Positions 10,777-19,842 are shown, counted from the stretch's first letter. The stretch: DNA of 64,000 bases from an uncultured Clostridia bacterium (GCA_937992055.1 CALKLQ010000004.1:9136-73135); one strand, 5' to 3'. Made by a program: numbers and translations. Notes: generated by a model from the letters alone, not told the origin.

Positions 10777-10845
10777 ATGGAAAGGAAAATAAAAAAGCTT
10801 GTTGTTAAATATCGCAATAGAATTGTATGTTTTATGTGGTTTTAA
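10777..10845 (+). pseudogene. 22-codon stub, possibly the N-terminal remnant of a HipA-type toxin gene
   Basis: ATG sits 1 nt after the XRE stop. MERKIKKLVVKYRNRIVCFMWF* resembles the start of HipA N-terminal domains (KKLxVxxxxxxVG). The reading frame ends after 22 codons. Weak evidence. Confidence 0.3.
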
Positions 10846-10863
10846 AGCTTAGACAAATTTTTT

Positions 10864-11889
10864 TTACCAAATCTTGTCTTTTTTGACATTGATGATAATT
10901 CCTATTACTGTAATTACTGCCATAACGCCAATTGCAGAAGCTAGAACAATTAAAATTGTTTTATTCCTATTTACCGTAACTTCAATTCTTTGGTTGCCAC
11001 TTTTAACATTATTATATTTTGCATAAACGGTAAGGGAGGTTGGCTGGGTAATTTGATAGTCAAAAGAAAGCCCACCAGCTTGCAAAAGATTGCCATTTGT
11101 GTCATACCAATTTATTTTTGAAATGTCATAAAGATTTGCCTGCGAACTTGGAATATTATCAACTATAAAGGTGTATCTATCAAATCCACTGGCATTTTGA
11201 GTGGCTCTATGAACCTTTATTGAAAGTGCGGTAATTTCTTTATAAACCACAGATATGTTTATTTGATTTGAAGCAACCCCATTTGCCAAAACCAAAAAGC
11301 TATAATCTCCAGCCTTGGTTGGAGTGTAGGTTATTTGCGACAAGTTGCCTTCAAACTTTTCAAATTTGTTGGTTGATGTTTTTAAAAACCATTGATAGTT
11401 CACGCTTGAAGGAGCACCTGTAATGCTTGCAGTCAAAATCACACTTTTAATATTATTTGATATAATTTGAGTAGATGGTCCAGAAAGGCTAAGTTCTACC
11501 TGACTTATATCACTGAACCCAAACTTTACAACAAAACTTGATTGCAAAACTTGATTGGAAGAGATTTTTGCATAAAAGGTTAAAGAAGTTTCTTGTTTAA
11601 AATTTTCATACTCACTTTTTAGAATTTCAAGTGTACTTGTTTTAGATGTATATGTTATGTTTTGAGTGTATCTTGTTGTTCCTTTAAACCAAAATATGTC
11701 ACTGCCAGAAAAGGTGTCATCAGAAAGAGTGGCAACAAGGGAAAAGCTATCAGGTAGGTTTTTTATTTCTAAAAAACTTGGTCCATTAATTGAAATTTGG
11801 GTTTCTGCATGCGCAATTTGAGGTTTTGATGTAAAAATCAAACCAAAAAACATGAGTAGAAACAAGGCAAAAAAATATCTTCTTTTCAC
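10864..11889 (-). CDS. secreted protein with three Ig/PKD-like repeats and a C-terminal TM anchor
   Basis: Signal peptide ending AHAETQ. Three beta-rich modules of about 90 aa (e.g. NYQWF...TYTPTKAGDYSFLV). C-terminal TM helix ILIVLASAIGVMAVITVIGIII followed by basic residues. Confidence 0.7.
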   Translation of the reverse strand: MKRRYFFALFLLMFFGLIFTSKPQIAHAETQISINGPSFLEIKNLPDSFSLVATLSDDTFSGSDIFWFKGTTRYTQNITYTSKTSTLEILKSEYENFKQETSLTFYAKISSNQVLQSSFVVKFGFSDISQVELSLSGPSTQIISNNIKSVILTASITGAPSSVNYQWFLKTSTNKFEKFEGNLSQITYTPTKAGDYSFLVLANGVASNQINISVVYKEITALSIKVHRATQNASGFDRYTFIVDNIPSSQANLYDISKINWYDTNGNLLQAGGLSFDYQITQPTSLTVYAKYNNVKSGNQRIEVTVNRNKTILIVLASAIGVMAVITVIGIIINVKKDKIW

Positions 11890-12015
11890 GCCTTTAATCT
11901 ACCACAAATTTAAGAAAAATAAAAATGTTTTAATTATATTTCAAAAAAAACAAAATGATGTTATACTATCAATAGTTAAAAATCTAATTTTGTTTATCTT
12001 ATAAGTGGAGGGTTT

Positions 12016-12696
12016 ATGAAAGGAAAACTGATTGTTATAGAGGGAACAGATTGCTCTGGAAAGCAAACTCAAACTCAAATGCTGGTTGAAAAATTAAACG
12101 CATGTGGGAAGAAGGCGGAAAGACTTTCCGCGCCATTTTATGACTCGGGAACAGGCAAAATTATAGCAGGCGCCTATTTGAACAAACAGGGTTATGGCAT
12201 GACTTCGGTCTTTCCAGAGGGTGCGGCTAAGGTAGATTCTAAGGTTGCCTCACTTTTATATGCAGCAGATAGGTTATACAATGCGCCTAGAATTCAAAAA
12301 CTTTTAGACCAGGGTGTCAATGTGGTTATGGATAGATATGTTGAATCAAATCTTGCCTTCCAAGGTGGAAAGATTGAGGATAAAAAAGAGAGATTTGAAA
12401 TGTATGACTTTCTTTTGAACCTAGAATATGAAATTTTAAAGTTGCCAAAGCCTGACCTTAAAATCTTGCTTTATATGCCATACGAGGCGTCTTCTATCTT
12501 GAAAAAGAACAGGGAGGAAAAGCCGGATGAACATGAAAGAAATGAAAAATTATTAAAAGAGGCAGAAAATGCCTATTTAGAACTTGTGGACTATTGCAAT
12601 TTTAAAAAAATAGATTGTAGCTTGGATGGTTTTCCACAATCTATAGAATGTATTAATGAAAAGGTGTTTAAAACAGTTTTAGACTTTTTGGTTTAA
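12016..12696 (+). CDS. tmk: dTMP (thymidylate) kinase
   Basis: N-terminal P-loop IEGTDCSGKQTQ, DRY motif (VMDRYVESNLAFQGG). Length about 226 aa. Confidence 0.9.
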   Translation: MKGKLIVIEGTDCSGKQTQTQMLVEKLNACGKKAERLSAPFYDSGTGKIIAGAYLNKQGYGMTSVFPEGAAKVDSKVASLLYAADRLYNAPRIQKLLDQGVNVVMDRYVESNLAFQGGKIEDKKERFEMYDFLLNLEYEILKLPKPDLKILLYMPYEASSILKKNREEKPDEHERNEKLLKEAENAYLELVDYCNFKKIDCSLDGFPQSIECINEKVFKTVLDFLV

Positions 12697-13179
12697 TCCC
12701 TCTTTTATTCGTTTTAGTTGCAAATAGCACGATTCTTCATCTTTTAAAATTGCTTTAAGCATTTGTTTTACAGAAACATCATCTATTTTTGCAATTGCAC
12801 TTTTATATTCAATTATTTGTTTTTCTTTTAGTTCTATATCCAGCATCAACATCTGTTTGATGTCTTTTACATAATCTATCCATCTTCCACTAAACCATCT
12901 TCCTTGGGTGTCAGCATAAACTGGATCTCCACCAAGTGATATGATGATTTCTGAGAGCAAAATAGAATGGAAAATTTCGTCTTGGGCGAACCTGGCAAAT
13001 GCCTTGCTTATGTCGTTGCCAAAGGGTGAAAGAAGGTTACTTTGATAGCTAAACTGCAAAAATGAGGTGATCTCACCCTCCTTGCCACAATAAAGATTTT
13101 GTATTATGCCCAAATAATAGCAATTGTGCTTGATTCGAGCAAGTTTTGGATATGCAATTTTCCTTTTTTCAATTTCCAC
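12679..13179 (-). CDS. ferritin-like / rubrerythrin-family (CotJC-like) protein
   Basis: Helical protein with E..(Y/F) and ExxH-type ligand spacing (GEITSFLQFSYQ, AQDEIFH, ELKEKQIIEYK, LKDEESCY). Family recalled from memory. The 3' end overlaps the tmk 3' end by 18 nt (convergent). Confidence 0.55.
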   Translation of the reverse strand: MEIEKRKIAYPKLARIKHNCYYLGIIQNLYCGKEGEITSFLQFSYQSNLLSPFGNDISKAFARFAQDEIFHSILLSEIIISLGGDPVYADTQGRWFSGRWIDYVKDIKQMLMLDIELKEKQIIEYKSAIAKIDDVSVKQMLKAILKDEESCYLQLKRIKEGLNQKV

Positions 13180-13285
13180 ATGCTTATATATGATTTTAAA
13201 AGCTAAATTTGTGTCTTTTCAAAATGAGTGATAAAAAATTCTGATGGACTTTTTTTTTAAATTTTGATATATATAATATTGTTTT

Positions 13286-13696
13286 ATGAAAAAATTAATT
13301 TTAGGAATTTTGCTTGTTAGTCTTACCTTGTTTAGCTCTTGCTTTTATTCAAACAAAATTATGCCTGCTCCAAAATGGCGAATTAAACAAGTTAGGATTA
13401 TAAGCTGTGATAGCATGTATGGTGTTGATTTGGAAGATGAACAAATTGCCTCTTTGTGCAAACTTGCAAATAAAGTTAGTTATGATTCAACTTTTACCTA
13501 TTTATATGAATTAGATTTTTTACTCGAGATAACTTACAAAACTTTGTTTTGGTCTTCATATCAAAAGCTTTATGTTTCTGATGAGAAAATCTATGATGAA
13601 TATGGGAATATGACAAGCGCGAACCAAAGTGAACTGACAAGTTATATTGAACAAATATATATTCAAAATTTTACAAAACTTAAAGAGGAGCTTTAA
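13286..13696 (+). CDS. lipoprotein, unknown function
   Basis: Signal peptide with lipobox LFSSC. No family motif recognised. Confidence 0.6.
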   Translation: MKKLILGILLVSLTLFSSCFYSNKIMPAPKWRIKQVRIISCDSMYGVDLEDEQIASLCKLANKVSYDSTFTYLYELDFLLEITYKTLFWSSYQKLYVSDEKIYDEYGNMTSANQSELTSYIEQIYIQNFTKLKEEL

Positions 13697-13998
13697 TGAA
13701 AAAGTTTAGTAAGAATGACCAGGGGTTTATTTGTGAAAATTGTAAAAGAGAGGTTCCTCCGCTTGGCTATTCTTCAAGAAACCACTGTCCATTTTGCCTT
13801 TACTCCCTTCATGTGGACAACAACCCTGGCGACAGAGATAACGAGTGCCACGGTCTTATGAAACCAATTGGAGTATTGTTTGAAAAAAAGGGAAGGGTGA
13901 TAGTTCATAAGTGTCAAAAATGCAATGTTGTCAAAAAAAATATATCTGCAAATGACGACAGTGAAAAACAAATTTTGGAGGTTTTTAAAAATAATTAA
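13696..13998 (+). CDS. RNHCP-domain zinc-ribbon protein
   Basis: Literal SSRNHCPFCLYSLHVD, plus an N-terminal CENC and a C-terminal CQKC pair. TAATG overlap with the upstream lipoprotein gene. Confidence 0.75.
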   Translation: MKKFSKNDQGFICENCKREVPPLGYSSRNHCPFCLYSLHVDNNPGDRDNECHGLMKPIGVLFEKKGRVIVHKCQKCNVVKKNISANDDSEKQILEVFKNN

Positions 13999-14099
13999 TT
14001 TTTCATATTTTTTCGCCATGTTTCCTTATTTTTATTTTTGCAAATTTAATTTTTAATGCGTTATACTCCTTTTAGCTTAAAAAAAAGGAGTTTTTTATT

Positions 14100-14966
14100 A
14101 TGAAAAAATTTTATAGCATGTTTGTCGCAGTTCTACTATGCTTTTGCACATTTGCACTGGTTGGATGCGGCAATGCCTCTGTCGAAATTGCAAAAGATAT
14201 ACCTAGTAAGGTTAAAACCTCTCAAACCTTTCTAAGCGAAAATGTTTTTTCTAAAACATCGGGTACTGATTTTAACACCTCTACTTCTACAAGTTATTTA
14301 AAAGATGAAAATTTATTTGTTTTAGTTGCTGGAAAGGTAGACAATGATGTTTCTATAATAAAGATAGGCGATGTTGTTTATGACGCAAACAAGGATTCTG
14401 AATTTAGTGTTGGAAACACTAACACATTAAAGAGAAAGCCCTTTATGGTGAAAGAAAATAATCTATACATAGCCTCCCTAGTTCTTCTTTTAAATGCCAA
14501 TAAAGATGGCATGGTAAAAATTAGCTTTCCTAATAACAAAATCAATGCATTTGAATTTAATGTATATGAAAAAGATGAAAACACGCTTACAGGAACCCTT
14601 GTCAATCAAGGCACGGGTGAACTTAAAGATGAAAATGGAGTGATTAGTTTTAAATCTAATAAGTTTAGCAATTCTGTTTTTGTAAAACTCAATAATGGCA
14701 CCAACAACATAACTCAAAACGACATTGTTATAACAGAAAGAGTTGTAAGTGTTGGTGAAAACAATCAATCAAAAATTTATGGTTACGGAAAGGCAGATAG
14801 TCCGGTTGGGCAACAAGATTATGGTACAGTTTTTTATCCCGCATATAACAATGGTCAAGAATACACAAAAACCACGCCACAAAGTCACAAGGTTCAATTC
14901 AACATCTATTGTGTGGGAGTGGGGTCTTATCATTTCAGCATGAACTTTGTCAACACCGCAGAATGA
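14100..14966 (+). CDS. lipoprotein, unknown function
   Basis: Lipobox FALVGCGN. Beta-rich and N/T/S-rich mature part. Confidence 0.7.
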   Translation: MKKFYSMFVAVLLCFCTFALVGCGNASVEIAKDIPSKVKTSQTFLSENVFSKTSGTDFNTSTSTSYLKDENLFVLVAGKVDNDVSIIKIGDVVYDANKDSEFSVGNTNTLKRKPFMVKENNLYIASLVLLLNANKDGMVKISFPNNKINAFEFNVYEKDENTLTGTLVNQGTGELKDENGVISFKSNKFSNSVFVKLNNGTNNITQNDIVITERVVSVGENNQSKIYGYGKADSPVGQQDYGTVFYPAYNNGQEYTKTTPQSHKVQFNIYCVGVGSYHFSMNFVNTAE

Positions 14967-15088
14967 GTATAAACTATTATTTTGTCAACCGTGAAAGACC
15001 TTTATATTTAGTGTGTCTGATGGTTTAAAACAATTGATTTTATTATTTAATTAATAATTTGTTTTTAAAATAGTTATTTAATAAAAAC

Positions 15089-15107
15089 AACCCAAATTTT
15101 TTGGGTT
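15089..15107. terminator. hairpin terminator (left copy of a duplicated hairpin)
   Basis: aaccca-aatttttt-tgggtt. It lies downstream of the convergent gene ending at 14966. Confidence 0.6.
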
Positions 15108-15110
15108 GTT

Positions 15111-15262
15111 CAGACTGAAGACAAACGTCGAGACCGTAAAATTTTAACAAAATTTTACTTACTGCGTTAACTGAAAAACGCCCTAAGACAGTCATTTACG
15201 TTAGTAAACTCCTGCCTTAGAGCATTTTTCGAGCCTTGTCTCTCTCGTTTTTCTTCAGCCTG
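15111..15262. repeat. intergenic repeat family 1, copy B (MITE-like, about 24-bp terminal inverted repeats)
   Basis: Left end is CAGACTGAAGACAAACGTCGAGAC. The reverse complement of the right end is CAGGCTGAAGAAAAACGAGAGAGAC. Internal hairpin ctaagacag..ctgccttag. No ORF. Confidence 0.65.
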
Positions 15263-15282
15263 ATTAATTTATCTACACACTG

Positions 15283-15303
15283 AACCCAAATTATTTTTGG
15301 GTT
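15283..15303. terminator. hairpin terminator (right copy of the duplicated hairpin)
   Basis: aaccca-aattattttt-tgggtt, 20 nt beyond the repeat. It lies downstream of the minus-strand gene ending at 15325. Confidence 0.6.
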
Positions 15304-15324
15304 GTTAATTTTATTTTTTTTAAT

Positions 15325-15573
15325 TTAAAATATTTTTTCTTCGTATGGAAGATTACAAAGCGCAGACTCATAGAGGTCATAGCCATGTGCTTTTATCAAG
15401 CTATGATCTAATGCATGATTTAAAACAACCGTGGTTATTTTTAAAATCTGTTGTTTTGTGTAATCGTTAGGACATTCATAAAAGGCAATAGAAACGGCCT
15501 TTCTAAATGTAAATCTTCCGTTTTGCGAAACAAAAGCGGCAAGTATACTACGTTCAATATCATTATTTAACAT
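15325..15573 (-). CDS. hypothetical 82-aa protein
   Basis: ATG preceded by GAGGGAG. No family recognised. Confidence 0.6.
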   Translation of the reverse strand: MLNNDIERSILAAFVSQNGRFTFRKAVSIAFYECPNDYTKQQILKITTVVLNHALDHSLIKAHGYDLYESALCNLPYEEKIF

Positions 15574-15725
15574 ATTTAATCTCCCTCAATAAAAATAGTT
15601 TAGCATATTTAAAAGTTATGTCAAGAGTTGATTTTAAGGAGTTTTATTTTAGGGAAATTAAATTTGTTAAAAAATATTATTATTAATCTTTTTGTATTTT
15701 TAATTAATAACCAAATAATAGATAA

Positions 15726-15811
15726 AAAAGGCATTTAAAAATTTAAATAAATTAAATTTTTTGTAATCAACTTGTTGATTACAGTTTGCCAAAGGCAAAC
15801 AAATGCCTTTT
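15726..15811. promoter_or_regulatory. nested palindromic structure in the divergent promoter region upstream of spoIIP
   Basis: Outer arms aaaaggcattt / aaatgcctttt enclose a perfect 20-bp palindrome gtaatcaacttgttgattac (15763-15782) and the hairpin tttgcc-aaa-ggcaaa. Confidence 0.45.
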
Positions 15812-15960
15812 AGTTTGGCAAGCTTCAAAAGAATAATTTTTTTAGATATTTTCTACAAAAAAGTCATTAATTTGTTTTTAAATTAAATTATTTATTTTTA
15901 TTTAAAGAAAAAAATTGTTAAACAATGAATTAACTCACAAAAACTTCACAAAATAACATC

Positions 15961-17025
15961 ATGAAAAAATTTTTGTCTATTTTGTTTGTTTTATTGTTTT
16001 TTGTTGGGGTTTTTTCTCCAAAATCATTTGTTTTTGCCGAAGATGAACAGGGCATAAGTTATCTTGTCTATGACTGTAACATGGAGAATGTTTTATTTGA
16101 AAGAATTGATGTCAGTGTTGGAGATATTTTTATAGATAAAGATTTCAAGCAATATAAAGTTTATCTAGTTGATGAAAGAGAACATTATGCCAAGGCGGAA
16201 TTGATTGGTGAAAAAAAGAGGTTGGGAGTTACAAAAAAAAGCTTGGAAACTATTGGCAACAGAAATATCGATAAAAAGATTTGTCTTTATATGACTCATA
16301 ATGATGAAAGTTACATCAAGGGCGACGGAACTGACAGTGTTTATGGTGAGGGTGGAATTCACGATGTTGCAAACAGACTTGCCTATGAACTTAAACAAAG
16401 GGGAATTAATATAGTAATAGATGAAACCCTTCACATTCCTCACAACTCAACTGCATATTCTAGAAGTGCGGTTACCGCAAAAAAATTATTGGAGCAAAAC
16501 CCAAATGCCATTTTTGACATTCATAGAGATGGTGTTGCCAGAAGTGCCTATGTTACAAAGGTAAATGGTGAGGAAAGATGCAAGGTGCGAATAGTAGTTG
16601 GAGGAGCAAACCCCAACAAGGAAAAAAATCTTGAATTTGCGCTTTATCTCATGACTGTTGCGGAAAGTGTTTGCCCATGGCTTTTTGCTGACATATATTA
16701 TGCAAGCGGCAAGTACAATCAAGACCTTTCATCAAAAGCCCTTCTTTTTGAAATGGGCACGTATACTGCGGAAAAAGATTTGGTTTTAAAAAGTGTTCCA
16801 GAACTTGCCAAAGTTATTGACACCACACTTTTTTCAACCTCTATAGATGATGACGGAAATTTGGTTATTGGAAGTGACGACTATGCAAACACAATAGATA
16901 ACGTCTTGGCTGAGAAAAAAAATAACGAGGTCTTTCCTACAATATTTTTAATTTTGATTCTACTTGGTGCGGTTGGAACCCTTGTTTGGTTTTTCATTAA
17001 GTTTAGAAAGCAAAAATTTAATTGA
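15961..17025 (+). CDS. spoIIP: stage II sporulation protein P (SpoIIP-family amidase/peptidase)
   Basis: N-terminal signal/TM segment. LYMTHNDESY and FDIHRDGV motifs as in SpoIIP. Has an additional C-terminal TM helix. Confidence 0.8.
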   Translation: MKKFLSILFVLLFFVGVFSPKSFVFAEDEQGISYLVYDCNMENVLFERIDVSVGDIFIDKDFKQYKVYLVDEREHYAKAELIGEKKRLGVTKKSLETIGNRNIDKKICLYMTHNDESYIKGDGTDSVYGEGGIHDVANRLAYELKQRGINIVIDETLHIPHNSTAYSRSAVTAKKLLEQNPNAIFDIHRDGVARSAYVTKVNGEERCKVRIVVGGANPNKEKNLEFALYLMTVAESVCPWLFADIYYASGKYNQDLSSKALLFEMGTYTAEKDLVLKSVPELAKVIDTTLFSTSIDDDGNLVIGSDDYANTIDNVLAEKKNNEVFPTIFLILILLGAVGTLVWFFIKFRKQKFN

Positions 17026-17034
17026 TTTTAAAAT

Positions 17035-17062
17035 TTACAAAGTGTTTTTTGTGTGATATAAT
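17035..17062 (+). promoter_or_regulatory. sigma-A-type promoter of trpS
   Basis: TTACAA, 16-nt spacer, then TGaTATAAT. Only about 38 nt to the ATG, so there is no room for a T-box leader. Confidence 0.55.
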
Positions 17063-17099
17063 TTAACCAAAATCAGATGTAACTTAAAGGGTTAAAAAA

Positions 17100-18092
17100 A
17101 TGACAAAAACAATTTTAACTGGTATAAAACCAACTGGAACTGCGCATATAGGCAACTACTTTGGTGCCATTAAACCGGCTATAAATTTAGCTAATAGTGA
17201 AGATTCACAATGTTTTTATTTCATTGCAGACTATCATGCTATGACCACGGTAAAAAACAAACAGGAATTAAAAGATAACTCTTTTAAAATTGCCTGCATT
17301 TGGCTAGCTTGTGGGCTTGATCCAAACAAGGTTACCTTGTATAGACAGTCTGATGTTCCACAGGTGTGCGAACTTTCTTGGATTCTTTCTTGCGTGACCC
17401 CAAAGGGGCTTTTAAATCGTGCCCATGCTTACAAGAATATTGTGGAAAAAAATAAGGAGTGCGGAAGCGAGGAAGATGATGGCGTCAACATGGGTATTTT
17501 TAACTATCCAATTTTGATGGCTAGCGATATTGTTCTTTTAAATTCAAATTCTGTTCCAGTTGGGAAAGACCAACTTCAACACATTGAAATTGCCAGAGAT
17601 ATTGTTAAAGTTTTCAACAAAACATTTGGAAATACCTTGGTCATGCCAAATGCCATTGTGGAAAAACAACAAGCTACAATTTTAGGAACTGACGGGAGAA
17701 AAATGAGCAAAAGTTATGGGAACATAATTCCTATCATTTGCGAGCCAAATCAACTTCAAAAGCTCATAGCAAGAATTGTGACAGACAGCTCTTTGCCAAA
17801 CCAGCCTAAAGACACAAACTGTACAATTTTCAATTTGTATAAGCTTTTTGCAAGTGAACAAGAAATAGTGGGGTTTGAAAACGAGTTTAAAAAAGGCATT
17901 TCTTGGGCAGATGCAAAGAAAACTCTTTTTGAAAAAATGAATAGCGTTTTTCAGCCCATAAGGGAAAAATATTCTTATTATGTTAACAACCCACAAATTG
18001 TTGAGCAGATTCTTTTAAAGGGGGCGCAAAAAGTTAAACCAATAGCGGAAGACACAATCAAAAGGGTGAAACTTGCGGTTGGCTTAACTTGA
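17100..18092 (+). CDS. trpS: tryptophan--tRNA ligase
   Basis: Class I signatures TGTAHIGNYFG (HIGH) and GRKMSKSYGN (KMSKS). 330 aa. Confidence 0.93.
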   Translation: MTKTILTGIKPTGTAHIGNYFGAIKPAINLANSEDSQCFYFIADYHAMTTVKNKQELKDNSFKIACIWLACGLDPNKVTLYRQSDVPQVCELSWILSCVTPKGLLNRAHAYKNIVEKNKECGSEEDDGVNMGIFNYPILMASDIVLLNSNSVPVGKDQLQHIEIARDIVKVFNKTFGNTLVMPNAIVEKQQATILGTDGRKMSKSYGNIIPIICEPNQLQKLIARIVTDSSLPNQPKDTNCTIFNLYKLFASEQEIVGFENEFKKGISWADAKKTLFEKMNSVFQPIREKYSYYVNNPQIVEQILLKGAQKVKPIAEDTIKRVKLAVGLT

Positions 18093-18122
18093 ATGTAATT
18101 AAAATAAAAGGGGAGATTATTT

Positions 18123-18680
18123 TGAAGTGAACCCCAAAAGTTAGACAACTTAAGGAGGCTTACTTTTTTAATGAAAACAAATAAAAAATATATGAAATAT
18201 AGTCCAGAATTTAAAATTTCTGTTATACTAGATATGTTAAATAATCACTTGGGATATGGTGAAGTTATTCGTAAGGCATTGGCAATTAGATTCGTATATA
18301 TAATCAAATAAATACATTTCTCAAGTCCAATTTATGGGAACGAATATATCTAGAAGGAGGAGAAATCGGTCTCTACATAGAACGGCGTGGTAGGACTAAA
18401 AAAATGGATAATCCTAGAAAAGGTAGACCTAAAAAGGTCTTAGATAAAAAGGTTAAACAAGATTTAATTGCAGAAAATCAGCACTTAAAAGAAAGATTGG
18501 AGCAACTATAAATAGAGAATGAATACCAAAAAAAATTAAATGCCTTAGTTCGGAAAAGGCTTCAAAACCAAAAGAAAAAGTAATCATTGTTTCTGAGCTA
18601 AGGTAAAAATATAAATTAGATAAACTCCTTGCATTTGCTAATCTATCTAGAAGTACATACTACTATCATGTAAATATTTT
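18123..18680 (+). mobile_element. IS3-family insertion sequence remnant (degraded orfA, start of orfB only)
   Basis: IR-like end TGAAGTGAACCCCAAAAGTTAGACAAC. Broken orfA fragments include MKTNKKYMKYSPEFKISVILDMLNNHLGYGEV.. and ..LEGGEIGLYIERRGRTKKMDNPRKGRPKK..AENQHLKERLEQL*. The orfB-start motif LSRSTYYYH is present, then the homology ends. Multiple stops and frameshifts, and no DDE domain. Confidence 0.7.
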
Positions 18681-19084
18681 TCTTTTTTGTTAGCAATATC
18701 TAATATATTATTTTTGTTTGTCAATATATCTTTGTATAATTTGATAAGCTCATTAATTTTTGCCATGGTTATTTTAACAATTCCATCATAATGCTCAAAT
18801 AATTTAACACCAAGCCATTTGCGATATTGATAAATATTATACTGACTTACATTTTTAAAGTAGTTTTTATATTTAACAGAAATTACATATTTTAAACCAA
18901 CATCTTCGCAAATTTTTTTAATAATATCTAATTTCTGTTCAAAATTTTCGGTTTTTTCTAATTTTTCAACAAGTTTTTTAAATTGGTTTTTATAAAATTT
19001 TTCAAAACAAAGAAAAATGAAGAAGTTTTGCAATTTCTTCTCGTGAGATTTATTGATTGTGTTGCGAAGGAGTGTAGACAGCAT
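18647..19084 (-). CDS. hypothetical 145-aa protein
   Basis: ORF only. K/N-rich and helical. Its 3' end overlaps the end of the IS remnant. Confidence 0.4.
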   Translation of the reverse strand: MLSTLLRNTINKSHEKKLQNFFIFLCFEKFYKNQFKKLVEKLEKTENFEQKLDIIKKICEDVGLKYVISVKYKNYFKNVSQYNIYQYRKWLGVKLFEHYDGIVKITMAKINELIKLYKDILTNKNNILDIANKKEKYLHDSSMYF

Positions 19085-19103
19085 TTGCTGATAGGGTTGA
19101 AAG

Positions 19104-19131
19104 TTGACATTTACATTTAAAGTGATAAAAA
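19104..19131 (+). promoter_or_regulatory. sigma-A-type promoter of the NUDIX gene
   Basis: TTGACA, 16-nt spacer, then TGaTAAAAA. RBS AAGGAG lies 10 nt before the ATG at 19151. Confidence 0.55.
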
Positions 19132-19150
19132 TTAAAAGGAGCGATAAGAT

Positions 19151-19669
19151 ATGGAAAGATTAGATTTATATACCATGGATAGACAACCAGTAAATCAAAC
19201 TATCGAACGCGGGCAAAGTTGCCCTGTTGATTTGTGTAGACTGGTCATTCATGTTTGTATTTTTAATAGTAAAGGTGAAATGCTGATACAACAAAGGCAA
19301 AGCACAAAAAAATCATGGCCAAATGCTTGGGATTTGACATTGGGAGGTGGTGTTCAGAGTGGGGAAAATTCCCAACAGGCAGCTCAAAGAGAACTAAACG
19401 AAGAATTGGGTGTAGACCACGATTTTTCTAATGAAAGAGCTTATCTGACAATTAATTTTGATAATGGCTTTGACGATTTTTACTTAATTGAAAAAGATGT
19501 ATCTTTGAAAGATGTTACTTTTAAAGACAATGAAGTTCAAGCAGTAAAATGGGCAACAAAAGATGAAATATTAGATATGATAAAATCTAAAGATTTCATA
19601 AATTATTATCCATCATTTGTTTCTGCATTGTTCGAAATGAGAAATGCAAGGGGTGTTCATAAAAAATAA
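19151..19669 (+). CDS. NUDIX hydrolase
   Basis: Nudix box GGGVQSGENSQQAAQRELNEELGV. Confidence 0.85.
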   Translation: MERLDLYTMDRQPVNQTIERGQSCPVDLCRLVIHVCIFNSKGEMLIQQRQSTKKSWPNAWDLTLGGGVQSGENSQQAAQRELNEELGVDHDFSNERAYLTINFDNGFDDFYLIEKDVSLKDVTFKDNEVQAVKWATKDEILDMIKSKDFINYYPSFVSALFEMRNARGVHKK

Positions 19670-19842
19670 AGGAAAGTATATACACAGATTAATTCAGATT
19701 TTTGAAAATGCTGAAGTACTGAAAAAACAAGACAATTTCAATAAAAGTTTTGACACAGATTTTTAAGATTTTTTGTAATATTATAAAAAAATAACACAAT
19801 ATATAGTGTTATCAAAAGTTTTAAGCACAGTATATTGTATTT

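Noticed and set aside
17026-17099. T-box leaders upstream of trpS, and likewise glyQS (55656-55722) and gltX
   Set aside because: The spacers are 74 nt or less, or the gene is internal to an operon. That is too short for a T-box of about 200 nt, and no T-box sequence (AANNNGGUGGNACCGCG) was seen.
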